DNA of 64,000 bases from a virus (taxonomy: Duplodnaviria > Caudoviricetes), in IMG/VR virus record IMGVR_UViG_3300048896_000095, positions 3,832 through 67,831 of that record; one strand, 5' to 3'. The notes beneath the pieces are model-generated. The model worked only from the letters and a program-made list of their open reading frames with translations. It did no database searches and was not told the DNA's origin. A program made the position numbers and the translations under genes. Shown in pieces: positions 17,420 to 25,957 of the stretch; position 1 is the stretch's first letter, and the number at the start of each line of letters is the position of its first letter.

Positions 17420-19092
17420 CAGATACCGAAGAGCAGGTCCACGTTCGCCGTTGCGTCGTGCAGCGCCGCGCCGCCGACAGTGGCGCAGCCGCTCAGCTCT
17501 TTCTCCATGTCGTCGCGGAACCGGCATTCAATCGCGACGCCATACAGCGCGGCGCCGGTGGCTTTCACATTTTGCGCCCACTCACCCCACGAGGCTTGAC
17601 CGTCTGTGATCAGCATCACGTCCGCGCGCGCGAACACCCCGTCCTTCTGTTTGCCGTTCGTGATGATGCCGTGCGCCTGCGCCAGTGGCGGGGCGAAGTT
17701 AGTACCCCCGTTGCTGAAGTAGCTGATCATTTCGACCAGTTCTTGCAGACCCATGTTCGCCGGCTTCTCAACCGTGAACGTTGCCTTCACCTCATGATCG
17801 AAATGCATCAGCACGAACGGCCGGCGCTGCATCGCTGCGATCTCGAGCACCGAGATAGCCACCGCCATGGCCCACTGATTCCGGATCCCCGCCATGGAGC
17901 CCGAGCTGTCCACCGCCATGATCACGGGGCCGCGGTCCAGATCTTCGTTGCCTTCGAGCTCGTACTGCAGCGCCTCGCGTTCCTGCAGCTTGCGCAGCAG
18001 CAGCAGCTCGGTCTCGGGCATGACCGCCTGCATGATTTCGCTCGGCAGCAGGCGCTCCAGCTCGCCGCCGATCGTCACGTCGACAATCGACTCCGGCGCG
18101 TACTTCGTTTTCGTGCGCTGCTTTGCCCGAGCTCGGATGCGCAGCCGGCCGGCAAGCTCGGCTACCTTCCGAAGGTTGGGGTTCTCGGCCAGCAGCTTGC
18201 GCATGGTCTCGGGCGCCGCCTGCATGCTGTGCAGCGCGCCCGTGGCGAGCCCTGCCAGGTCGACAGCGCCCTTGGTGATGGCGGCCACCTCGTGCCTGGC
18301 TTCGTTCGCGGCAGCGCCCAGCAGGCCCGCCGCCGGCTCTTCATCGCCGCCACCGGTCAGCAAGTTCAGCGCGGCCGCCGCCTGCTCTTCGGCTTCCTCG
18401 GCTTTCTTCTTGGCCGCCTTCGTGATCCGGTGCTTCGGGCCGAGCACCTCCTGCATCGCCTGCGCATCTTCGGCGAGCCGTTGCGGGTCCTCTTTCGGCA
18501 GGGCTTCGAGCAGCTGCTTCGCCTTCTCGGTCAGGCTCGTGACCACGCGCCCCGCCGCAATGCCAGCCGCCCACGGGTCGCCCTGGACTTCGGCGCGTAG
18601 GTTGGCCCATTCCGGGCACCCCTCGGCCTGGTTCACGAGCTCCCGGATCCATTCCGATCCGGCACTCTGCGGGTCAGCGAGCTTCGGCTCTTCGCTGTAA
18701 AGCGAATCGAAGATCTCGCGCGCGACGCCGGGCCATTGCTCGGCGTCCACCGCTTTGATCGAGCTCGCGAAAATGCCGCCCTCGCGCGCCTCGTGCGCCG
18801 CCAGGTAGCGCGTCCAGTTGTCGACCTCGCGCGTGAGGTTGCTGCCGTTCTCGAGAAGCTCCAGCTTGGCCTCCTGCGCGTTGGCCGGGCTCAAGAGCTT
18901 GCCAGCAAATGGCTTGCTCGGATCGTACGCCTTGCCTTCCTTCCAGGCCGCGATCATCGCCGGGCCGTCGCTCTGCCACGCCTCGGCGGAAACATCAGTA
19001 ACGAGCCGGCCAGCGTCCTTCACGCGCACGCTCTTGCCGTCGGCGGTGCTTTCCGCCGTGAACCTGCCGTCGCTCCAATCAATCTTGAGCAT
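17419..19092 (-). CDS. vWA-domain protein, ViaA-like
   Basis: LERLLPSE, GPVIMAVDSSGSM (MIDAS DxSxS), NGGTNFAPPL, ADVMLITDG; directly downstream of a MoxR ATPase. Confidence 0.9.
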   Translation of the reverse strand: MLKIDWSDGRFTAESTADGKSVRVKDAGRLVTDVSAEAWQSDGPAMIAAWKEGKAYDPSKPFAGKLLSPANAQEAKLELLENGSNLTREVDNWTRYLAAHEAREGGIFASSIKAVDAEQWPGVAREIFDSLYSEEPKLADPQSAGSEWIRELVNQAEGCPEWANLRAEVQGDPWAAGIAAGRVVTSLTEKAKQLLEALPKEDPQRLAEDAQAMQEVLGPKHRITKAAKKKAEEAEEQAAAALNLLTGGGDEEPAAGLLGAAANEARHEVAAITKGAVDLAGLATGALHSMQAAPETMRKLLAENPNLRKVAELAGRLRIRARAKQRTKTKYAPESIVDVTIGGELERLLPSEIMQAVMPETELLLLRKLQEREALQYELEGNEDLDRGPVIMAVDSSGSMAGIRNQWAMAVAISVLEIAAMQRRPFVLMHFDHEVKATFTVEKPANMGLQELVEMISYFSNGGTNFAPPLAQAHGIITNGKQKDGVFARADVMLITDGQASWGEWAQNVKATGAALYGVAIECRFRDDMEKELSGCATVGGAALHDATANVDLLFGI

Positions 19093-19095
19093 CGG

Positions 19096-20241
19096 TCAGA
19101 TCTCCAGCATTTGGCGCATGGTGGCTTTCATCGGGGCCAAAATGCCCTCCACCACTTTGATCGCTGCCTCGGTCGTCTTCTTCGAGCGCGGCGTCTTGGC
19201 GTTCAGCAGCAGCTCCTTCAGCTTCGCTAGGCCGCGGGTTCCTTCACGGTGCGCGGCCACCATCTGATTTTGCACTTCGGCGCTCGGCTTGTCGCCGGGC
19301 GGGGTCTGCGGGATCTGACCGATCGCGTCCCTCACGGTCTTCACGATCCTGTTGGCCTCATTCGAAGATGCGCCGGCGGCAGCTTCGCAGGTGTCGGCCA
19401 CGGCTTGGATCTGCGCGCGGTCATCCCAGAGCGCCGGGGCCAGCGCACGGAAGTGATCCTCCACCACCTCGGTGTCGCCCATGCGCCAGGCTTCCGCCCG
19501 CAGCAGGCCGACGCACTCTTTCCAGCGCCGATCCGAAAGGATGATGCTGTGCTTCTGCGCGAGCTCGGCGCGCAGCTTGTGCAGGTCGCGCACCACCTCG
19601 GCGTCGATCGTTACCGTCTGCACCGCCGCCCGCGCCTGGTCCCACTCCGCCAGGGTGATGAACGACGGCGCGGCCACGTTCGTACCGAGCAGCATCGACA
19701 CCCAATTGTCCGCGGTGCCGATGTAGTCGACCCAAAAGCGAACCAGGAAACGATCGTACAGCGCCGCGAGCTCAGCGCCTTCAGGCAGCTCATTACTCGC
19801 GCCCACGAGCATGCGCAGCGGTACCGCCGCCGGCGTGCCGTTGTTGTAAAACTTCCGCTCGTTCATCACGGGCAGCAGCGTGTTCAAGATCGCCGGCCCC
19901 GCCTTGAACACCTCGTCCAAGAAACCGACGTGAGCTTCGGGCAGCTTGCCCTTCGTCACGCGCTTGAAATTCTCTTCCTTCAGTCCCTTCAGCGACAGCG
20001 GGCCGAATAGTTCCTCCGGCACCGTGAAGCGACCGAGCAACCACTCGAAGTAACTCGCGCCCGTGACGCACGCGGTGAAGCTCGTGACTAGCGCGCTCTT
20101 CGCCGTACCGGGAGGGCCGACAAGAAGCACGTGCTTCCCCGCCAGCGCCGCGTTCAACATCCCGTCAACGATCTGATCGCGCTCCAGGAATTGCGTCTTC
20201 AGAGACTCGCCAACTGCCACAATCTTTTCACGAAGATCCAT
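19096..20241 (-). CDS. MoxR-family AAA+ ATPase, RavA-like
   Basis: HVLLVGPPGTAKSAL, FTVPEELFGP, GKLPEAHVGFLDEVFKA, LNTLL..MNER, ASNELP, ALYDRF. ATG 20241 preferred over GTG 20250 on SD spacing. Confidence 0.92.
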   Translation of the reverse strand: MDLREKIVAVGESLKTQFLERDQIVDGMLNAALAGKHVLLVGPPGTAKSALVTSFTACVTGASYFEWLLGRFTVPEELFGPLSLKGLKEENFKRVTKGKLPEAHVGFLDEVFKAGPAILNTLLPVMNERKFYNNGTPAAVPLRMLVGASNELPEGAELAALYDRFLVRFWVDYIGTADNWVSMLLGTNVAAPSFITLAEWDQARAAVQTVTIDAEVVRDLHKLRAELAQKHSIILSDRRWKECVGLLRAEAWRMGDTEVVEDHFRALAPALWDDRAQIQAVADTCEAAAGASSNEANRIVKTVRDAIGQIPQTPPGDKPSAEVQNQMVAAHREGTRGLAKLKELLLNAKTPRSKKTTEAAIKVVEGILAPMKATMRQMLEI

Positions 20242-20313
20242 CTGCTCCACTTACCTTCCTGCTGGCTCTTGACCAGCTAGATTCCAACCCTAGCTCCGGC
20301 TTCGGGCCGGCGC

Positions 20314-20670
20314 CTACTGCAATTTACGGCGCAGCGCGCGCCGCATCTTTTCCGCTGAAACGTTGGGCGCCTTGGGGATCGGGCGCTCCCACCACAGGTC
20401 AGGAAGCTGCCCCGGCACGACGCCCTCCAGCGCCTTGGCCAGCTTCTGGAAACGCTCGCGCGTAATCTTCACGCCACCGAACACACGGCGCAGCTGCCGA
20501 CGGCTGATCCCCATCCGCCGCGCCACCTCGGTCTGATCGATCCCGAGCTCGGCCGCTCGAATCTCGACACGCAGCCACAGCCGATCGATCTCGCAATCGA
20601 CCGTGGTCTGCGTGAACGTAACGCGCGTAGGCGGCGCGTACAGCTTCAGCCGTGCGCCGCCACGCTTCAC
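20314..20670 (-). CDS. XRE-family HTH transcriptional regulator
   Basis: ELGIDQTEVARRMGISRRQLRRVFGG...FQKLAKAL. Confidence 0.8.
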   Translation of the reverse strand: MKRGGARLKLYAPPTRVTFTQTTVDCEIDRLWLRVEIRAAELGIDQTEVARRMGISRRQLRRVFGGVKITRERFQKLAKALEGVVPGQLPDLWWERPIPKAPNVSAEKMRRALRRKLQ

Positions 20671-21254
20671 GATCCGCTCCGCGTCGGAACGACCTCGAGC
20701 ACCAGCGCCTTGTCGATCTGCTCGAACATCAACGGCAACGCCAACAAGTACTTTGCGTAGCGCGCTGCGCTCTTGGTGTCGCCTGGCCCTTCCTGCTTGA
20801 GCACGGCTTCCGAAATGTGCACCAGCGCACCAGCGGCCAGCAGCCCCACCTCCTGACTGTACCCCGCCGCGATCATGATTCGCGCGAGCTCCTGACAGAG
20901 CCGCTCAGCCTGCGATGCCATCTCGACATGTGAGAGCCGATCCGGATCGGTTTCGAACGTTGGCTTGTCGAGCGCCAACGGTCCGCCCTCCAGCATCGTC
21001 GGCGGCGCCACGTTCGCCGCGCGAAGCTTTTCGTCCGTTCGCCAAACGAGCGCCGCGTAAGCGTCGCGATACAGCGCCTTCAAATCTTCCGCTCCGTTTT
21101 GCTGGATCCCGGCTTCGCCGATGCGCGCCACGATACGACACGCAAGCGAGATCACCACCGGCGGCAGCTTCTGCGCCATCAGCTGCCGTTGGATCTGGTT
21201 CGCCAAGTCGCGCGCCAGATCCATCAGCGCCTCGTGGTTTTCCAGAGTGCTCAC
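20667..21254 (-). CDS. Hypothetical protein with internal duplication
   Basis: GTGA-coupled ORF; two similar helical segments. Confidence 0.65.
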   Translation of the reverse strand: MSTLENHEALMDLARDLANQIQRQLMAQKLPPVVISLACRIVARIGEAGIQQNGAEDLKALYRDAYAALVWRTDEKLRAANVAPPTMLEGGPLALDKPTFETDPDRLSHVEMASQAERLCQELARIMIAAGYSQEVGLLAAGALVHISEAVLKQEGPGDTKSAARYAKYLLALPLMFEQIDKALVLEVVPTRSGS

Positions 21255-22159
21255 GCGCCCTCCAGCTCGGCCATCAGCTCAGCGCGCGCACTTTCGATCT
21301 GCGCCTGTAGCTCGGCCATGCTGTCCCCGAGCACATCGGCGAACAGTTCCACGCGCCCGCGCAGTGCCTTGAACTGCTCGGCGCGCACCACGATCGAGTC
21401 GCCACGCGCGCTCCGCCCTTCCTCCTTCAGCCCCTTCACGAAGTCCCGAATCTCTTCCCGGGTTTGCTTCAGCTGGGAAGTGATGTTGCCGCGCACGTTG
21501 CGCGCCGCGGTGTCCAGGTTCTCGGCATCGCCCGTCAGGGTCATGACCTCGATCGAGCTCTGCGGGGCCTTGTCGTTCACCATCGCCGCGAAGCGCTTCA
21601 GCAGGTCCAGCTTCGCCGCGCTCACGTAGTACAGGCCGCCAGCCGTCTGCCGCAGCGAAAGGCCGCCCAGCATAGTGTCCGTGCCAACGCCCTGCATGAC
21701 TGAGCAGAGCACCGCCGAAAGATCGGTCGAGTGGCAGTAGCCGATCACCTCGGTAAACTGCGCCTCGATCGTTTTGGCTAACTCGGCCGTGCCGTCGTAG
21801 CGCGCCAGCTCTTCCACCTCCACGCGCTCATCAGCGCCGATCCTGAAGGTAGCCACGTGCGCCAGCCGCAGCGCTTTTCCTTCGCCACGCTCGACCACCA
21901 GCGCCCACTCCTTTTTCATTGGCCGAAACAGGATCCCCTTCTTGCCAATGCCCACACGCTTCACGGCTTCGGCAAGAGCCGTCGCCGGCTTCGGCGTACG
22001 CACCATCGCCGCGCCGAGATCCAGATCTTCGAGCGCACCCTTCAACTCTTCGCGCTCGATCCGAACGCCGCTCAGCGTCCAGAACACCAGCGCCCCGATC
22101 GTGTGCAGGCCTTGCGCCTGCAGCACTTCACCAAGTTTCTTTGCGGTTGCGTTGCTCAT
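21251..22159 (-). CDS. DUF6744/DUF3150-like protein
   Basis: IGALVFWTLSG...L...L...P.ALAEAV, GGLYYV, C-terminal coiled coil. Family name recalled, not searched. Confidence 0.55.
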   Translation of the reverse strand: MSNATAKKLGEVLQAQGLHTIGALVFWTLSGVRIEREELKGALEDLDLGAAMVRTPKPATALAEAVKRVGIGKKGILFRPMKKEWALVVERGEGKALRLAHVATFRIGADERVEVEELARYDGTAELAKTIEAQFTEVIGYCHSTDLSAVLCSVMQGVGTDTMLGGLSLRQTAGGLYYVSAAKLDLLKRFAAMVNDKAPQSSIEVMTLTGDAENLDTAARNVRGNITSQLKQTREEIRDFVKGLKEEGRSARGDSIVVRAEQFKALRGRVELFADVLGDSMAELQAQIESARAELMAELEGA

Positions 22160-22165
22160 GATGAT

Positions 22166-22468
22166 TCAGCCTTTCGAGTTGTAACGATTGTTGTTGAGGT
22201 TTTGAAATGCATGCGTCTCGGCGTCTGCCGACGTTTGATCACTTGAGGCAAGCGCCACGCGCTCACCCTTCAGCACGAGCTGACAGAAGCGCCGGCCCGT
22301 CACTTCATCCTTCCAGCTGTGGACGTGTCCGCCTTCATCTTCGAAAGCGTCGCGCGCTTCCACCAGGCGCTCGATCCCTTGCTTCACCATCGCCGCCGCA
22401 AGTCGCGCGGCGAATTGCTTTTGAGTTTGCAGCGATCGCAGCTGCTGCAGCACGAGCTCCCCGGTCAT
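22166..22468 (-). CDS. Hypothetical protein, first full-length gene of the early operon
   Basis: ATG 22468 (MTGELVLQQL...) overlaps the stop of an 11-codon leader ORF. Confidence 0.65.
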   Translation of the reverse strand: MTGELVLQQLRSLQTQKQFAARLAAAMVKQGIERLVEARDAFEDEGGHVHSWKDEVTGRRFCQLVLKGERVALASSDQTSADAETHAFQNLNNNRYNSKG

Positions 22469-22500
22469 GGCCACACCTGCTCAATTCTTTTCGGTCCCAT
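22465..22500 (-). CDS. 11-aa leader peptide MGPKRIEQVWP
   Basis: GCAGGAAGG-CAAGACG-ATG; its TGA forms an ATGA overlap with the next start. Confidence 0.5.
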   Translation of the reverse strand: MGPKRIEQVWP

Positions 22501-22534
22501 CGTCTTGCCTTCCTGCCGGCTCTTCACCGGCTCC

Positions 22535-22700
22535 CCAACCATCGCTCGTCAAGAATCCGAGCGCAAGAATTCTAAGCGGTCCCCCTCGCGCGCGATCCTG
22601 ATCCCTGTACTAATCCTTGCAAATCTAGCTTTCTCTTGACAGCGGATCACGGACCGCCACAAGAAGCAGTTACGTCCGTTAAGGGCAGGAAGGCCTTCCG
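22535..22700. promoter_or_regulatory. Divergent promoter/control region
   Basis: TTGACA at 22636-22641 (+, no good -10 found); TTGCAA at 22617-22622 (- reading N16-CAGGAT); TTGCGC-N17-GATGGT on -; inverted repeats; palindrome GGAAGGCCTTCC at 22688-22699. Confidence 0.55.
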
Positions 22701-22907
22701 ATGCCGACCGACCGCGGGGTAACCCCCGGCCTTTTAAATCGCCGCTTCGCCAAGTCCGAAGCGAAGCACCAAGACAGCTTGACCGGCTATCAGGAAAGCC
22801 TGCTGGCGCTCGACCGCAAGCGTCAGCGTAGGCAGGAAGCCATGGCCCTCGCTGCTACCCAAAAGTCTCGGCCGTCAAAACCGCCACGTGCGCCGGCAGC
22901 TGACTAG
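22701..22907 (+). CDS. 68-aa basic/coiled-coil protein, the only convincing + strand gene
   Basis: GCAGGAAGG at 22685-22693 ahead of the ATG; its TAG overlaps the convergent gene's TAG within CTAG. Confidence 0.65.
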   Translation: MPTDRGVTPGLLNRRFAKSEAKHQDSLTGYQESLLALDRKRQRRQEAMALAATQKSRPSKPPRAPAAD

Positions 22908-23896
22908 AAGATCAGAGTCATCGTGGCATCCACGACATTCAGATCGCCGCCGTAGGTTTCGCCGGCCACGAACGCCGCCTTGATTAATTGGCGGGTGCTC
23001 GAGTTGACGTCCACGATCTTATCGCATGAGAGCGTGTACAGCTTGCCGGAAGCTTGCTTGGTTAGCTGCTCTTGCTTGTGCGCGGATGACGATCCGCCGA
23101 TCACATCGCCGCCACAATCAATCGACATGATCGCGGTGTAGTCGGCATTCGGATCGGATCGCACCGTGCACGTCAAACGAGCCAGCACGCCGTTAAGATC
23201 GGGGCCGCCGGTGTAGCGAAGCGCCAAGCCAGCCCCGCTGGTCGCGGCTTCAAATAGAGCGTTGCCCGAGTAGGCGTAGGTGCCGGAAAGACTTTCGTCC
23301 ACCGCGAAAAAGTTTCCGGTGTGACCTGGATCATTCGATACGACGGGCCCACCCGAAGCCAAAACCAATTGAGCGAGCCGAACACCACCGCCACCAGCAG
23401 CAGCGATCAAACGGATCGCGTGGCGCACCAACCCATCAGCGCCCTGCCCCGACCACCCGCCATCCTGCCCCCCGAAGTTCATCTCGTTGGGCTTCTTGCC
23501 CGGCAGCGTTGAACGCGGGTCGGGCAAGCATGGCGGCCACACCATTGGCGGCGGAGCGCACAAGCCGTTAGCGCCGTCCAGGCCAATGCATCGAATGTCG
23601 GTGTCGACTTGGCCCTGGCGGTTTGCGAGCGGCCACACCTTCAGCTGAATGCGGTAGCAGCCGCCGAGCGCATCGGGTGTGATCGTGCCCGCCGGCGTTG
23701 CGCTGTTGCCCTGCGCCAGTACGCCCTTCGGAGTTGAAGAGCCGTACGGCACTTCTAGGATCTGAATCTCCCAAGAGCCAACCCCGGTGTTGTCGCTGTT
23801 CGCTACCAGGAAATCGTCGCTAAGGTTGCCCTTCAGCGCCTCGCCATCATTGCCGACGGTCGCGCCTTGCGAAAACTTCAGGAGGGCAGTCACCAT
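22904..23896 (-). CDS. Putative virion structural protein
   Basis: 330-aa Gly/Ser/Thr-rich ORF with a beta-type C-terminal domain; last gene of the late operon. Confidence 0.55.
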   Translation of the reverse strand: MVTALLKFSQGATVGNDGEALKGNLSDDFLVANSDNTGVGSWEIQILEVPYGSSTPKGVLAQGNSATPAGTITPDALGGCYRIQLKVWPLANRQGQVDTDIRCIGLDGANGLCAPPPMVWPPCLPDPRSTLPGKKPNEMNFGGQDGGWSGQGADGLVRHAIRLIAAAGGGGVRLAQLVLASGGPVVSNDPGHTGNFFAVDESLSGTYAYSGNALFEAATSGAGLALRYTGGPDLNGVLARLTCTVRSDPNADYTAIMSIDCGGDVIGGSSSAHKQEQLTKQASGKLYTLSCDKIVDVNSSTRQLIKAAFVAGETYGGDLNVVDATMTLIF

Positions 23897-23908
23897 GCCG
23901 CGAGCTTA

Positions 23909-25477
23909 TTACGTGCCCGCAGGCGTTTCTAGCTTCTGTGCTTTTCGACCGGTGAAACCCTCCCACCGCCGGAGGATGACTTCGCACCAGATCGGATCGA
24001 GCTCGGCCGTGAAGCACCGCCGCCCGGTCTGCTCGGCAGCCAAGAGCATGGGCCCGGTGCCGCCGAACGGCTCCACCACGATGCCGCCGAGCCGGAGACT
24101 CGAGCGCAGGATCCGCACGCCGAGCTCAATCGGCTTCGGCGTGTCGTGCCCGAAGCGCTCGGCCTTTTCGATTCGCGGAAAGCGCCACACGTCACCCATC
24201 GCCGGGTCGTGCGTCGCATCGAAGAAGCACCGCTCGTGCTCCAGCCATTCGTTGAAGCGCTGCAGAAGTTGACCGTGCAGCTTCGAGATCTTCTCGTAGC
24301 TCCGTTTGAACTTGCCGGTTTCTTTCTGCAGCGTCGCGTAGTGCTTCTCGGCGATCAGCGACCACTGCGATTTGCCAAACCAATGCGCGTGCATGTTGGT
24401 CCCGGTCAGCTCTTTGCATTTCTTCGCATCGACGCCGGCGGCTTCGGCTTCGCTCGCAAGGTATAGGCGCAGCTCGTCCCACCCTTCCCAATAGCGATCC
24501 TGGTTCTTGTTGCCGAAGCCTTGGCGCCCAAGTCCAAAGAAGAGCGCGCGCTCGGTGAGCATGGGGTAGCTCCGGATCGCGCTCGTGCCTTGGCCGTTCC
24601 CATATTCCTTATCCCAAACGATCTCGTTGTTGAACGTCACGAACTGATCGCGCTCAGCGCACCAGGGCAAGAGCGAGCCGCACCACCAGCGCCACAGATC
24701 TTCGGCGTTGCCCCACACGTACGCGCTCGCGTTGTCCGCGAGAAAAGGCCGAACCGCTGCCCACCATTCGGTCTGGAACTTGTCCAGCTTCGCGGCTTTT
24801 AGCCCGTCTGAATCGAAGTTCTTGTCCATGCCGTACGGCGGATCGCCCATCACGAGCTCGGCGCGTTCCGTGATCAGCAGCCGCCGCCAAAGATTTTGGT
24901 CGCGCGCGTCGCCGCAGGCCAGCCGCTGATCGCCGAGCGCGTACACCTCGCCGAGCTTGACCCGGCTCTGCTTCACTTCCGGGATCGGCGGGCTGCTCGG
25001 TGTCACGCGAACTGCGCCGCGAGCGACCACGCGCTGCGCCTCGCGCAAGCTGTAGCCGGTCCCTTCGAGCTTCACCCGCCGCTCGATCAAACCAGACAGC
25101 ACCGTCGACAGCTTGGGAAGCGACCAGCCGCCGTGCTCGGTCAGTCGGTTGACTGCCAGGATGTACGCGCGCACCTCGTCCCGGTCTTTGAACGAAATCC
25201 CGCGCAGCACCGGCACCAGCCACTCGGTGCCCTTGACCTTGATTCCGACCGGCGGCTTCTTGCCGGCCTCTTTCATTTGCTCGAGTGTCTCGAGCCGACC
25301 GTGCCCGGCTAGCGTCTTGTCGGTGTGCTCGTTCAGCGTGACGGGTTCAGTGAACCCCCACCGCAGAAACGAAGCCTCGATCCCGGCAATGTCGTGATCC
25401 TTTGGGTTCTCTTCATCCGCCTTTTTTCGAAGCGGACCAAGAGCCATGTACTGCACCCGTACGTTTCGCGCTTCCAC
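23909..25477 (-). CDS. ParB-like N-terminal domain fused to an N6/N4 DNA methyltransferase
   Basis: NPKDH...SFLRWGFTEPV...AGHGRLE (ParB-like); LVMGDPPYG, TPKPIEL, EPFGGTG, ELDPIWCEVILRRWE. Confidence 0.9.
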   Translation of the reverse strand: MEARNVRVQYMALGPLRKKADEENPKDHDIAGIEASFLRWGFTEPVTLNEHTDKTLAGHGRLETLEQMKEAGKKPPVGIKVKGTEWLVPVLRGISFKDRDEVRAYILAVNRLTEHGGWSLPKLSTVLSGLIERRVKLEGTGYSLREAQRVVARGAVRVTPSSPPIPEVKQSRVKLGEVYALGDQRLACGDARDQNLWRRLLITERAELVMGDPPYGMDKNFDSDGLKAAKLDKFQTEWWAAVRPFLADNASAYVWGNAEDLWRWWCGSLLPWCAERDQFVTFNNEIVWDKEYGNGQGTSAIRSYPMLTERALFFGLGRQGFGNKNQDRYWEGWDELRLYLASEAEAAGVDAKKCKELTGTNMHAHWFGKSQWSLIAEKHYATLQKETGKFKRSYEKISKLHGQLLQRFNEWLEHERCFFDATHDPAMGDVWRFPRIEKAERFGHDTPKPIELGVRILRSSLRLGGIVVEPFGGTGPMLLAAEQTGRRCFTAELDPIWCEVILRRWEGFTGRKAQKLETPAGT

Positions 25478-25489
25478 GCCACGAGGCTA

Positions 25490-25957
25490 TCACTTCGCCG
25501 CGGGCTTCGGTCCAGTCGTCGCGTCCGGCATCTTTGGGCATTGGTCGAACCACGCTTGTGCGGGCTGCCCAACCTGCCGATCGCGCCGTGGCAGCAGCGA
25601 CTGCACGTAACCCTCAACCTGTTCGGTCCTGCAGTTTTCGATCAGGTCGCGTTGATACTCCGTCTGCCGGCGCGCGGTGCGGTCCGTCTCGATCTGGTCT
25701 ACGCGCTCCTGCAGCGCCTTCAGCTGCTCGGGCGAAACGTGAGCGCTCAGCAGCTGCTGAACCAAAGCAACCACGCCCACCAGGCCAGCACCAGGCACCA
25801 TGGCAGCCTTTGCGAGCTCGCCAGCGTTGCGCTTGGTTTTTACCAAGTGGCGGTGCGGCGGCATCGACTCCGGCGTTTCTTCCTCCACGGTTTGGCGCCG
25901 CCGGCGCTCCACGAGCTCCGCTGCTACGGCCCGCAGATCGTCATCTTCCTTGGACAT
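25490..25957 (-). CDS. Single-TM protein of the lysis region
   Basis: Hydrophobic PGAGLVGVVALVQQLL followed by a coiled coil. Confidence 0.55.
   Translation of the reverse strand: MSKEDDDLRAVAAELVERRRRQTVEEETPESMPPHRHLVKTKRNAGELAKAAMVPGAGLVGVVALVQQLLSAHVSPEQLKALQERVDQIETDRTARRQTEYQRDLIENCRTEQVEGYVQSLLPRRDRQVGQPAQAWFDQCPKMPDATTGPKPAAK

Noticed and set aside
23909-25477. ParB domain as evidence of a plasmid-prophage partition system
   Set aside because: It is the common ParB-like N-terminus of phage methylases; no ParA or parS array was seen.
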